Assembly (NCBI GenBank): GCA_018992685.1
Contig: JACVGT010000009.1
Coordinates: 36,247 to 100,246, forward strand
DNA: 64,000 bases
Direction of reading: 5' to 3'
Source: Theionarchaea archaeon
GTDB taxonomy: Archaea > Methanobacteriota_B > Thermococci > Methanofastidiosales > SZ-28-30
The notes below the pieces were generated by a model. That model made no database searches. It was not told the origin of the DNA and worked only from the letters and a program-made list of their open reading frames with translations. Positions 9,802-21,766 of this stretch are shown in pieces; the first letter of the stretch is position 1, and every line of letters starts with the position of its first letter. The position numbers were made by a program, and so were the translations under genes.

Positions 9802-10521
9802 CTATCTTGGATATCCCACAGGCATCACATACAGTGGAGTCAGCTCTTCAGGTATGCTAAGAACCTGCTGAACATCCTGATCTATGAAAGCTCCTACTGC
9901 CACTGTCCCCAGGGCCAACCCTTCTGCTTGCAGATAGATATTCTCACCCACGTGACCTGCTTCCATGTGTACGTAACGTATACCACGTTCTCCATATCTT
10001 GCAGTAGTCTTCTCATATTTCGCGACAATGACAATACTGACAGGAGCGTCCTCAATGAACAACTGGGTTAAACAGGCAACAGCCAGCCTGTCTCGGTAGT
10101 CTCCTTCTTTTATCAGTCGCAGCACATTCGATGTAGGGACATATTCATAAATGCCAGCACCTAGTCCCTCAACCCCTGGATCGCCCACTACGACATATAG
10201 TGTCAGAGGGTACGTAGCTCCGGCAGAAGGTGCACTTCTCTTGAATCCTTCCGTAATTCCCTGGCCCGCCCAGAGGAGCTGAGAAATCTGGTCTAAAGTC
10301 AGAGGAGTATCTTGAAAGTCACGGACAGACCTTCTTTTCTTGAGGGCTTCCTCCACAGACATGTCACCTGTAACATGGGGAGCTGGGAGAACGATCTCAG
10401 ATTGCTTTTCAACCACAGTCAAAGGGACGTTCTGATTCAAGCACAAACTGGAACTCAGGATAAGACTCAACACAAGCAGCATTCTCAATGGTACCATAAT
10501 CTCTGTTCGTTGGAGATCCAT
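9802..10521 (-). CDS. SagB/ThcOx-type nitroreductase with N-terminal signal-like segment
   Basis: RRSVRDF, APSAGATYPL, MEAGHVGENIYL; hydrophobic N-terminus ending SSSLC. Confidence 0.88.
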   Translation of the reverse strand: MDLQRTEIMVPLRMLLVLSLILSSSLCLNQNVPLTVVEKQSEIVLPAPHVTGDMSVEEALKKRRSVRDFQDTPLTLDQISQLLWAGQGITEGFKRSAPSAGATYPLTLYVVVGDPGVEGLGAGIYEYVPTSNVLRLIKEGDYRDRLAVACLTQLFIEDAPVSIVIVAKYEKTTARYGERGIRYVHMEAGHVGENIYLQAEGLALGTVAVGAFIDQDVQQVLSIPEELTPLYVMPVGYPR

Positions 10522-10637
10522 AAATACATTGGCTGTCTCGTGTCTTGCCCTTTCGCCAACAAAGTTGAATCCCTCGAATGATCACCCACGTGATCCAGAG
10601 AAAGAATGCGAAAAGAATTCCAGGAAAGAACGTGATT

Positions 10638-11321
10638 TCATGCTTTCTTGATCTGGATAATTTCCACCTTGAACTCAAATATGGCGGGATTGAGATCCAG
10701 CACAACCTCAGTGTCGGTCACTTCCATGACTACTGCATATTGCCCCTGGTAGGCAACAACATTCCCTACGCGGGCTTCTGCACTCTCTTCGAACTCTTCG
10801 CGCAGAACTGTTACCTCGGTTGGAATGACTGAGAACCGATGATTGAAATCCAGCCAGACGAACTCTTCTGTGAGTTGATATACTGTGAATCGGCGATTTC
10901 CCCACTGATATGTCTCGTTAAGCTCAGGCTCTATTCCACTATTTGTCTCGAATTCTTCCCTGTTCATTTTGACAACGTTCTCCTCCTTCCAGTATCCATA
11001 CGCTTCCAAAGGATACAACCGCAGGATTTGCTCCTCTCCCACCTTCATTCCCAGGAGGGCTCTTTCCACAGCAGGAGGAGCTACTGCAGCCTCTCCGGGA
11101 TTCCCTCCAATGACAATGGTTAGAGGCTCATAGGTTCTTTCTGTGTCGTAGATGTTGGCCTTCTGGGCTATTTGATCATTGGATGTATCTATGATCGTCC
11201 CGTTGACGCTGAGGACATAATCTATAACCACCGTGTCGCCCGGACCTATTGTTGATTCCTCACTGAGAAGTGATGCTGAAATGACCAGAGCGATACCCAC
11301 GATCCATAGTGCTTTTTTCAT
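10638..11321 (-). CDS. FKBP-type (SlyD-like) peptidyl-prolyl isomerase, exported
   Basis: GDTVVIDY, IIDTS, YEPL, ALLGMKVGE, EAYG, LDFNH; signal peptide MKKALWIVGIAL. Confidence 0.85.
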   Translation of the reverse strand: MKKALWIVGIALVISASLLSEESTIGPGDTVVIDYVLSVNGTIIDTSNDQIAQKANIYDTERTYEPLTIVIGGNPGEAAVAPPAVERALLGMKVGEEQILRLYPLEAYGYWKEENVVKMNREEFETNSGIEPELNETYQWGNRRFTVYQLTEEFVWLDFNHRFSVIPTEVTVLREEFEESAEARVGNVVAYQGQYAVVMEVTDTEVVLDLNPAIFEFKVEIIQIKKA

Positions 11322-11637
11322 TTTAGTATCGATAAGCCTTGTAATTTCCATGGTTTGTAACTGTCCTCAAATTTATAAAGGTATTGGTTAGCCGGTGAGC
11401 AGGTCGGCAGGCTAGCTGGCTATCAAGGCAATCAACCAGCAGGGTACCATGGCCCCTGAGAGAGTAATACTCTCCCTTTCAGAACATTGCAATGGAAGAT
11501 TCAGAAAGAGACGTCCTCTTGACACCCCTATCCCGTGCTGCTTCTATCAAACCTTGAACCACTGCAACTATTTTCCGGATTATTTGAAAAGCGGAGAATT
11601 TATAAAGGACTATAACCTATTACACATATGACTTTGA

Positions 11638-13872
<2,235 letters not shown>

Positions 13873-13880
13873 GTGACACT

Positions 13881-14183
13881 ATGGCAAAAATTGCAGCCTC
13901 CCGAATTCGGGATCGGATGGTGGTCACCAGCCAGGGTCACGAATTGGGGCTCCTGTTTGATGTGGTGGCCGATGAGAAGACAGGTAAGCTGGTGGCTTTG
14001 GTGGTGGAGCCCACCACGGAGGAGATGAGAGAGATGCTCCTGACAGACCGTGAGGGGCTTGTATTGATACCTTTTACCGCCCTGCGGGCCATAAGAGATT
14101 TCATTGTGGTGGATGCCCGTCGGGTGCCCAGGAAGATAAAGAAGGTTGGCATGTTTGCCAGAGGGAAAGAACCCACAATCTGA
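13881..14183 (+). CDS. PRC-barrel domain protein (CdpB-like)
   Basis: VVTSQGHELG...DEKTGKL...LIPF..LRAIRDFIVV. Confidence 0.85.
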   Translation: MAKIAASRIRDRMVVTSQGHELGLLFDVVADEKTGKLVALVVEPTTEEMREMLLTDREGLVLIPFTALRAIRDFIVVDARRVPRKIKKVGMFARGKEPTI

Positions 14184-14393
14184 GAATCAGCATCATGCCC
14201 GGTCTTGATTTATTCCTGAGCAGAATGGGGCCAGGAACCCCCCAGAAATTATTAACGAGAACTCTACTATTCTAAATCTGTTATATCTACGAAATGAGAG
14301 ATCAATTCTTCCTGAATATGGATTTCTACTGCAATTCTGAACTTCTGGAGCTCTCCCTGATGTAGTTCTCCTCTAGACAACTGGTTCTCCCTG

Positions 14394-16880
14394 TCACAGT
14401 CTGAAGGTCAGCATAGACTTGACGTATCCATCTTCCTTCCCTGTCACTCCATCAATGATCTCGTACCTGTTCTCATAGGAAACCAGGAAATATGGGTAAT
14501 AGAGGAGCCCTGTGTCCCACACTGAAGACCTCTCCCAGACCTCTGCTGCTTTTTTTGCCTCTTTCTCAGTAATGGTGGGGAGAATCATGGATTCCTTGTC
14601 CAGGTACTCTTCATCTGTCTGGAAGTACCTTTTGATTTTCTTTCTGGGATCATCAATAATATTGTGCTGTATTCTGGACTGAAAAATCTCATAGTTCTTA
14701 TTCCCCAACTTCTTGTGCTTCTTAATCTCTACCAGTCCCTTCTGGATGAGAGAACCCATTATTCTCTTCACTTTTCTCTTATCAAAGTGCGTAGCCTTCA
14801 TGAGATCAGTCTGTGCTGCTGATCCTTTTTTCATGAGGGCTATCATCACTGTTCTCTGGTCGGGAGACAAATCCATGAGGTCTCGCACTCCTCGCGTTCT
14901 CCGCCCTTTTCCAATCATCACTTCACCTGTGATACCGTCCACAAAACAAGACAGATTCTGGTATTTTCCTTTTGGTGGATAATAATCGAAGAAAACCTGG
15001 TAAACGGGGTAGTAGATTTTGAAAATACCATGGATCGTGTCATTCTTGAACAGCATTCTGCGGGCCCCTTTTATGGCAATATCCTCAATGCGGTCGTCTA
15101 CCGCCGAGAGAACGACTTTCGCTTTCTTGAGGTTGAGGTCTCTCACAGAATCAGGAATTTCAAAGGCTCCTGGAGACGTAATAGCAGGGGACCGGGGAGC
15201 AGATTCTGATCTCACAGGCGGAGTTACCTCTAAATTTACCACATCAAAAAGGGAAGGCCGATCTCCAGACGTCCCAAGGGGACGTTCTTTGCCACTCGAT
15301 GTGAGTTCTTCCTCCTCTCCTGGTGTAATCTCTCCGGGTTCTTCCAATTGTGTCTCGATCAACCCCTCTTCTGCCAGTTCGTCCAGGAGTTCTGATAATG
15401 AAAGGTGTAGCTTGTATTCCTGATTGATACTCTTAATGAGTCGTTCCAAACTGTCTGTGGTTTCTTTTCCCCATTTTTCCCGTATCAACTGTTTCACATT
15501 CATACGCATTTCATCCGGATCAATATCCAGCATGGGCTGTCTTTCCCTTCCTTCATGCTGAGAGATACGAGGTCTAATACTGGCCAGAAAGCAGCGAGAG
15601 GTTTCTTCCTGCTTGTCTCCTACAATCGCCATTCCTATGGGCAGATTCTTGATGAAATGGTCTTCCTGGAATCTTTCTGGAACTTCCGAGGGCATCCTCC
15701 GCAGTACGGCCTTAATGTCATCTTCATACACCAGCTTATGGCAGGCCACCATGTCTACCTGCGAAAGAATTCTGGAGTCAATGGCTGAGGGTTGCTGGGT
15801 GGCCAGCACAATAGAGCATCCCGGCTGTCTCCCCTGTCTCACATATTCAATCAATGCATCGGTAGCTGCTGTTTTCCTTCCTGACCCGGGGACCAGAATG
15901 TGGGCCTCGTCTATCATCAGCCAGGTAACAGGGATGCTCTCTAGTAGCCCTGCGAACCCTGCAGCTTCCTTCCTGCTGAGTCTCTTTCGGGTATTCAGGA
16001 TATTCCTCCCAAGAATACCCACCACCAGGGCCCGGACATTATCCTGCAGGAAACTGACATCAATAACAGAGATATGTCCTCGTCTCGACAGGTCTCGGAG
16101 CTGAGTTCCCTCTTTGTCAAAAATCCCCCATTCTACAGCCCCTTTCAGTCTCGCAATTGAGGCCCTCCGGGTGGAGTTCTTGAACCCATGGTTCCGAGAT
16201 TGAATCCCTTCTTCACATTCGATGCAGGCAATCATGTCCGAAATACCGTATGAATCCTGCAGCCCTCGTATCGCTTTCCCTTCTCCTGTCGTGTACCCGT
16301 CCCTGACCTTCTCGAGTACTCTATCAATCAGAAGCCCCATGGTGTCGAACCGGTCAAACCCGAACGTCAGACACCAGTCGTCTGCTGTCAGTTCTGCAGG
16401 TCTGATTGTAAAAATTTTGTCCCAGGTTGCTTTGGGTGCGTCCTTGGCATATCCAGCAGGGATGAAAACCTGCACACTCTTGATCCCTTTGGGGCTTAGA
16501 CTCCATTCCCCAAGCAATGCCTGTTCTCTGTCCACGGTGTTGGGACTCTTCATGCTCCAGAAAATCCCCATGGGATCAATGACAATAACACCGACTGCAT
16601 CATTTGTAAGGGCCAGCTCTTCTGCAATGACCCCCAGCGTGTAGGACTTCCCCGACCCACGCATTCCACAAATGAAGATGGCATGGGGTGAAATACTGTC
16701 CAAGAGCACTCTCTTCCCATAGAATCCTGCAGAATCAGAACGTTCCTCTGCCACTATGCCAATATCCATGGCTGCTTTTGTCTTGTATTCTTCATATACA
16801 CTTTTCTTTCTGCCCACAAAAATACTGGTTGCGTCCTGCAGTGCTCTGAACTCTTCATCCACGACCATTCCATTCTGCAT
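14394..16880 (-). CDS. HerA/FtsK-family ATPase with C-terminal winged-helix region
   Basis: GMRGSGKS, VIDPMG, MIDEAH, RQGRQPGCSIVLATQQP. Start uncertain; TATA near 16905. Confidence 0.85.
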   Translation of the reverse strand: MQNGMVVDEEFRALQDATSIFVGRKKSVYEEYKTKAAMDIGIVAEERSDSAGFYGKRVLLDSISPHAIFICGMRGSGKSYTLGVIAEELALTNDAVGVIVIDPMGIFWSMKSPNTVDREQALLGEWSLSPKGIKSVQVFIPAGYAKDAPKATWDKIFTIRPAELTADDWCLTFGFDRFDTMGLLIDRVLEKVRDGYTTGEGKAIRGLQDSYGISDMIACIECEEGIQSRNHGFKNSTRRASIARLKGAVEWGIFDKEGTQLRDLSRRGHISVIDVSFLQDNVRALVVGILGRNILNTRKRLSRKEAAGFAGLLESIPVTWLMIDEAHILVPGSGRKTAATDALIEYVRQGRQPGCSIVLATQQPSAIDSRILSQVDMVACHKLVYEDDIKAVLRRMPSEVPERFQEDHFIKNLPIGMAIVGDKQEETSRCFLASIRPRISQHEGRERQPMLDIDPDEMRMNVKQLIREKWGKETTDSLERLIKSINQEYKLHLSLSELLDELAEEGLIETQLEEPGEITPGEEEELTSSGKERPLGTSGDRPSLFDVVNLEVTPPVRSESAPRSPAITSPGAFEIPDSVRDLNLKKAKVVLSAVDDRIEDIAIKGARRMLFKNDTIHGIFKIYYPVYQVFFDYYPPKGKYQNLSCFVDGITGEVMIGKGRRTRGVRDLMDLSPDQRTVMIALMKKGSAAQTDLMKATHFDKRKVKRIMGSLIQKGLVEIKKHKKLGNKNYEIFQSRIQHNIIDDPRKKIKRYFQTDEEYLDKESMILPTITEKEAKKAAEVWERSSVWDTGLLYYPYFLVSYENRYEIIDGVTGKEDGYVKSMLTFRL

Positions 16881-17046
16881 ATCCTTAATGTTAATCAACA
16901 ATATAAATAGTTTTCGGTAAGCAATAAGATCCAACCAAAAAAATCACGAGTAGAACGGGCTTCCAGCATGAAACCCTAGGAATTCTCACAATCTCTCCGA
17001 AAGATTTAAATGATAGAATGTACAAAGAAAGAGAGAGGTGAAAGAT

Positions 17047-17232
17047 GTGAAATCGAGAAAGATGGCTGTGCTCTTCCTTCTGGCCGTCATCGTTGTGGCG
17101 GGAGTTTTGCCTGTATTGACTGAGACCACTGATTCTTTTGAACAGATCGTTACATCAATACAGGACATAATCTCGCCCATCAGAGGAGATGGCGGAGGAG
17201 GAGGATGGCCCAACAGTGGCGAAGAAGGCTAG
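17047..17232 (+). CDS. Small secreted peptide with Gly-rich tail (peptide 1)
   Basis: TTTAAA at 17005, GAGGTG RBS, GTG start; MKSRKMAVLFLLAVIVVAGVLPV...SPIRGDGGGGGWPNSGEEG; stop overlaps regulator stop (CTAG). Confidence 0.75.
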   Translation: MKSRKMAVLFLLAVIVVAGVLPVLTETTDSFEQIVTSIQDIISPIRGDGGGGGWPNSGEEG

Positions 17233-18164
17233 TACCTTTCCGTGTGGTACATGACAACAATCCCTTTGTAGAAATCTGAGAGAATGGATCTTTCTTTCAG
17301 GGCATATATTGCCTTGGAGAGAGAGATTATCAATGGATCAGTGCGAATATAGATCCATGCCACAAGATAGCTTCCCACTTTGAAAAACATTGGCGTCGTT
17401 GGAAGCAGGCTGAACAACTCTATGAGAGCCTTTTCATAGTCGGTCTTAAACAGGAATACGTATGTGGTATAATTGGCGTACCCTTCTGGATAAAACCAGG
17501 TGTGCGTGGTGGCGAATCGGTCGACAGTGTCCAGCCATTCGTAAAACTTGCGGAAGCTTACATCTTGTTCCCTTACAAGCGGTGCGATTTTGCGCCTGAT
17601 GTCTCCTCCAAAGTCAAGAAAGAATTCCCATTCTTGGTGATCCCAGGGAATGTCCACAGGATTCGAGACCCATGTGGATTTTTTCCAGGAATCACTTTTT
17701 TCTATTTCTTCCAGCAATCGATCTGCACACTCGTTCCATTCCAGAGACGTGGGCTTGGGAGTAAAGAATTCCCCTCGTTCTCCCGAGATGACGATCTTCT
17801 TGAATCCGGGACAATCATCAAACTCCATTCCCGGGTCTCCTGCAGCAACTATCGGGAAGTCTCCGAAGACAACGGCCGAGTAGCTGAGTCTCCTGTTTTG
17901 TCTGAGTCGCTCGAATGCTTTGAAAGGGTCATCAAAATCCAGTACATAGTATATCCTAGGGCTTTTCTTCACAGGTTTCAGTCTGAGACCAGGCCCCACC
18001 ATGATCTGCTGATCCAGCATCTCCTGTAAGGCTTTTGACACAGACTTTCTGTAAATACCCAGAGATTTTGAGATTTCGTATATCTGTGCCCGCGGATTGT
18101 CGTATATTTGACAAAATATCTGGTAGAACCTTTTCTTTTTTTCCACATCGGAGAGAGAGGGCAT
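17229..18164 (-). CDS. Tandem Lrp/AsnC-like winged-helix transcriptional regulator (regulator 1)
   Basis: N-terminal HTH (IYEISKSLGIYRKSVSKAL); paralogous to 29925-30872. Confidence 0.75.
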   Translation of the reverse strand: MPSLSDVEKKKRFYQIFCQIYDNPRAQIYEISKSLGIYRKSVSKALQEMLDQQIMVGPGLRLKPVKKSPRIYYVLDFDDPFKAFERLRQNRRLSYSAVVFGDFPIVAAGDPGMEFDDCPGFKKIVISGERGEFFTPKPTSLEWNECADRLLEEIEKSDSWKKSTWVSNPVDIPWDHQEWEFFLDFGGDIRRKIAPLVREQDVSFRKFYEWLDTVDRFATTHTWFYPEGYANYTTYVFLFKTDYEKALIELFSLLPTTPMFFKVGSYLVAWIYIRTDPLIISLSKAIYALKERSILSDFYKGIVVMYHTERY

Positions 18165-18287
18165 CTTAAAACACCCAACAGTTAAATACCATTCCAGCAA
18201 ATTTGGTAATGTGCCGGAAGCTTATCTTGTAAGAATCTAAGCACAAATTTAAAAGTCTTTCGGCCGATCTTTCACCCCCCCCTAATC

Positions 18288-18314
18288 GGGATCGGTGTTT
18301 CGAGCACCGATCCC
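18288..18314. terminator. Stem-loop between FG-GAP gene end and regulator promoter
   Basis: GGGATCGGTG-N7-CACCGATCCC perfect 10-bp stem. Confidence 0.45.
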
Positions 18315-18439
18315 TCCCTGTTCTTTTGTGTTATTGAGGTTCTGTGAGAGTGTTATAGGCAACCATGAACTAGATTATTCCAGGAGCTGCTGCTGAGCGC
18401 ATTCTATGTCTCAGCTGTTTGCTGTCTCTATTTTGAGAT

Positions 18440-20965
18440 TCATTGAAATACACGCAGAGCTGAGATTCCTAGAAAAATCAACACCAGAACAAGAAATACC
18501 AGGGCAACGTATCGACCCTTCCCCACAGCCAGTCCAATAAGAGCCACAATCAAGCATCCCAATCCCAGTGCCAGACTCGTGGGTGGTTGTAGGACCTGGC
18601 GAGCACTTTCCATGAATTGATCTTCAAAAGAATAGCACTGGTCAGCTTGCCCTGAAATAGCAGATGCTCTGGACCTGTATTCCCGGGCCTTTCTGCCTAC
18701 AGATTCTGCAAAATCTCCATATTCATCAATGAGGTCCGCCAATGACGACTTTTTCTTCTCCAGATCGGCAATAATATCTCCCGTGCTGATATCCTCAAAG
18801 GATTTGTAGAGTTCGCTGGTCTGAAGAGTTTTTATCTTTCCTTCGATATCCTCAATGTCCCTCCTGAAACTGTCTGCTCTTCTTCCCAGGGCAATCTGGA
18901 TGTCATCCAGTGCTGCAGCCACAGAAGTATAGGCCATCTCTGACTGTTCATACGCATTCTTAGCCTCAGAATACTGCTGATTTCGAAAATACCGCTCTCC
19001 ATCACCCTGGTACTGCTCCGCCTGGCTGACCTGGGTATCTACCTCAATGAGTTGCTCACAAAGGCTGATTATCTCATCGCATTCCCGTATCCTGGCAGAT
19101 ATGTCAAGGCGAAGTGTCTCATACAGAGAATCCAGAGACATGGTCAGAAACAGGTTGGAAACGTCTTCAAACGTGTTGCGTGCCCAGGTGGCTTCCACAC
19201 GAGCTTCACTGTATTTTTTGTCCAGCATGAGGAAATGCGCTTCTCTCAACGTGTTATGGGCTTGGGCGAGCTTCTCTGAGGTCTCTTTCAGGACCCTCAT
19301 CTGTGACATTTTTACACTATCGCCCATCTTTGCATACAAATCCCCCGCTTCCCCGAACAAGTACCCTGCTTCCTCATATCCGTAGTTACGCAGCTGCTCC
19401 AAAGCTGTCGCTACGGTTCGGTCTGAATCCATGAATTTCTCACATTCTGTTATCTTCTTCTGGCACTGTACGTTCATGAAGGTGTTCCCTGCTTCTTCAA
19501 ACTTGGTGCGGGCCTGTTCAAAGTAGACCACAGCCTTGATGTATTCTCCCTTCTCCAAGAGGCTCTCTCCCAGGTCGTAGAGCTGCTCTGCCTCTGAATC
19601 CGTTTGTTTCTTGAGCTCTCCAACCCCCATCACATATAGTCCCAGCCCGTATCCGCCCACAATTTCAGGATACTGATCTAGATTTATGTCACCAACCATT
19701 CCTTTGATATAGTTCCCCTGGAGGTTCTCAGAATTCCATATGAGCTCTGTTGTGGAGAATACTGCTATGTAATTGTTTGAAAACACAGTGAGTTCATTTT
19801 GTGAATCTTTATCAAAGTCAGCACATTCCAGGTTCCGAACCTCACCTGAAGTATTAAATGTCTTCAACGTGGTACCATTATAGTCCAGGACATACACCAT
19901 TGAGGCTGCTCCACACATGATATTTCGAGGCCCTATGAATTTCCCTGCGTACACGGTATTGACATCATAGGGAGAAGTAGAATATTCCCACTTGAGATTG
20001 GGATCATCATTGGCAGGATTGGTGTCACCATATTCAATGTTATCCAGAACGTACAGGTACCAGCTTTCCCCCACTATCAGTTCAGGTTCCAGATCAGGGT
20101 CCTGGTCAATTTCGTGGGCTGCTGTATCACTGTCCACGTCATACGCATATATTGTTTTCACAGGGCGGGCAGCATCAACTTCATATTTCCACTTTACTGT
20201 CAGGTCGTGCTCATATACTGTTACTTCATCTGCAGCCACCACAATCTCCTTGGTGGGATCTGCATCATCATCAAAATTCACGATAATAACATCATAGATC
20301 ATGCCCGAAGGCCTGTCTGCCAGTGGCAAATCTCTTGCTCTGTACGTGGGGAGAATGGGTATTGTGCAGTTGTTACAATCAGTATCATAAATGAGAATAT
20401 CCAGGTTGGTCACTGCAATGATCTCCTTGCAGTTGTCTGCATCAATGTCTGAGACCAGAATCTTTCTTACACAACCCGTGATATTGACAGGATTCCCCAT
20501 TCCATCATCATCAAACAACTCCTGGAGTAATACCCCTTCACTGTTGCTCACCCTGATAATGGACGATGTGCCACAATAGCAGCAGCTGGTAAAGATAAGT
20601 TTCCGGGTGGTAGTGCAGATGCTGTCAGCTGCAATGGCTGAAATACATCCATTGGAATAACACGGTTCTGCCGCAGCATCATTCAGGCACAGCTTCTTGT
20701 TCCACACCAGGGTACTGTCTGCCTTGTACTGACTGACGCTTCCGTCGCAGACCATGGCAGTTGCAGATCCAGAAGGAGTGCTGACCATTCTCTCAGAGGA
20801 AGAACCGGTGGCAAGCAAGATTTCACTGTATCCATCTGCATCTAAATCTGTGACCTCAATATCAGTGACTGCACCTGGCGCCTGCCACAGCAGAGAGAAT
20901 TGTATGTCTGCTCGTACTGTGCTCAGCGCCAGCAGCAATAACATGAGAGCGATCTTCATTCTCAT
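18440..20965 (-). CDS. Membrane-anchored FG-GAP/VCBS beta-propeller plus TPR-like helical surface protein
   Basis: Signal peptide, repeated DLDADG/DIDADN/DFDKDS..E motifs, TPR-like AEQLYDLGE..., C-terminal TM helices. Confidence 0.8.
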   Translation of the reverse strand: MRMKIALMLLLLALSTVRADIQFSLLWQAPGAVTDIEVTDLDADGYSEILLATGSSSERMVSTPSGSATAMVCDGSVSQYKADSTLVWNKKLCLNDAAAEPCYSNGCISAIAADSICTTTRKLIFTSCCYCGTSSIIRVSNSEGVLLQELFDDDGMGNPVNITGCVRKILVSDIDADNCKEIIAVTNLDILIYDTDCNNCTIPILPTYRARDLPLADRPSGMIYDVIIVNFDDDADPTKEIVVAADEVTVYEHDLTVKWKYEVDAARPVKTIYAYDVDSDTAAHEIDQDPDLEPELIVGESWYLYVLDNIEYGDTNPANDDPNLKWEYSTSPYDVNTVYAGKFIGPRNIMCGAASMVYVLDYNGTTLKTFNTSGEVRNLECADFDKDSQNELTVFSNNYIAVFSTTELIWNSENLQGNYIKGMVGDINLDQYPEIVGGYGLGLYVMGVGELKKQTDSEAEQLYDLGESLLEKGEYIKAVVYFEQARTKFEEAGNTFMNVQCQKKITECEKFMDSDRTVATALEQLRNYGYEEAGYLFGEAGDLYAKMGDSVKMSQMRVLKETSEKLAQAHNTLREAHFLMLDKKYSEARVEATWARNTFEDVSNLFLTMSLDSLYETLRLDISARIRECDEIISLCEQLIEVDTQVSQAEQYQGDGERYFRNQQYSEAKNAYEQSEMAYTSVAAALDDIQIALGRRADSFRRDIEDIEGKIKTLQTSELYKSFEDISTGDIIADLEKKKSSLADLIDEYGDFAESVGRKAREYRSRASAISGQADQCYSFEDQFMESARQVLQPPTSLALGLGCLIVALIGLAVGKGRYVALVFLVLVLIFLGISALRVFQ

Positions 20966-21079
20966 AAATCATTATTACTTATCAATACTATATAAAGATT
21001 TCGATTCAGCACGTGGATTTACAGTGAACCATTGACAGACATGGTAGAAATTGCCGGTTACCAGGCGTTCACGTACAAT

Positions 21080-21766
21080 TCATTTCTGTTTCAGCAGGTC
21101 TCTGAGCTTCCTGGATTCTTCTCTTGCCCTTTTTTCATCCATCACCCGCTCCAGAACATTCCTGCAGATTTCCGATACCAGGGCATCCAGCTCTTCTGAC
21201 GTGATGTGCCTCTCTGAGATGTCGAGCTTCATGATGTGGCTTCTCATGATAGTTTCCGACATGAAATCGCCAAACAGGTTTGCCAGAAACGCTTCGATAT
21301 CTTTCATGATTTCATAGGGATTCTTATGAGCTCGTTTTTCAATAGTCTTCTCTGACGGTTTCTTGGTCATCAGGTGAGAGATGCCTTCCCGTTCCAGCAT
21401 CCTGACCAGGTCATCCACATCTGGAACAGGGACATCCACGTGATGGGTGAGAAAGTCAGAAGAAACAGACGGGAATCCGTGGATATCGGTGTACCACTTG
21501 AGAGCGAATTCTGCCCGTTCTTTTTCCAGAGAGTATACAGACAGAGTCCCTTCTACAGCGTTCCAGATTTTCTCCAGTGCCTCCTCTCCACCGCTCTTTT
21601 CGAAGGTGGCGGCCCGTACCGCTCCATCAATGATTAACAAGTTCCCTGTCTCCTGGTTTGCATACTTGACGACGCCGGTGAACCGAATCTCCTGCAGTTC
21701 TCTCAATAAGGTATCGATTTCTCTAACCTCTACCTCTCTCTGCAGTGGGCCTGTTGGAAAATCCAT
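21080..21766 (-). CDS. DUF2226-like domain protein with C-terminal helical domain
   Basis: LRELQEIRFTGVV...GNLLIIDGAV.AA...GEEAL. Confidence 0.7.
   Translation of the reverse strand: MDFPTGPLQREVEVREIDTLLRELQEIRFTGVVKYANQETGNLLIIDGAVRAATFEKSGGEEALEKIWNAVEGTLSVYSLEKERAEFALKWYTDIHGFPSVSSDFLTHHVDVPVPDVDDLVRMLEREGISHLMTKKPSEKTIEKRAHKNPYEIMKDIEAFLANLFGDFMSETIMRSHIMKLDISERHITSEELDALVSEICRNVLERVMDEKRAREESRKLRDLLKQK

Noticed and set aside
9802-10521. SagB-type oxidase as part of an azole RiPP cluster
   Set aside because: No YcaO or precursor nearby; stand-alone SagB-like nitroreductases are common in archaea.
11385-11427. GU-rich hairpin between the FKBP and cdc48 genes as an ncRNA
   Set aside because: Imperfect stem with no recognisable SRP, RNase P or box C/D motifs; insufficient support.
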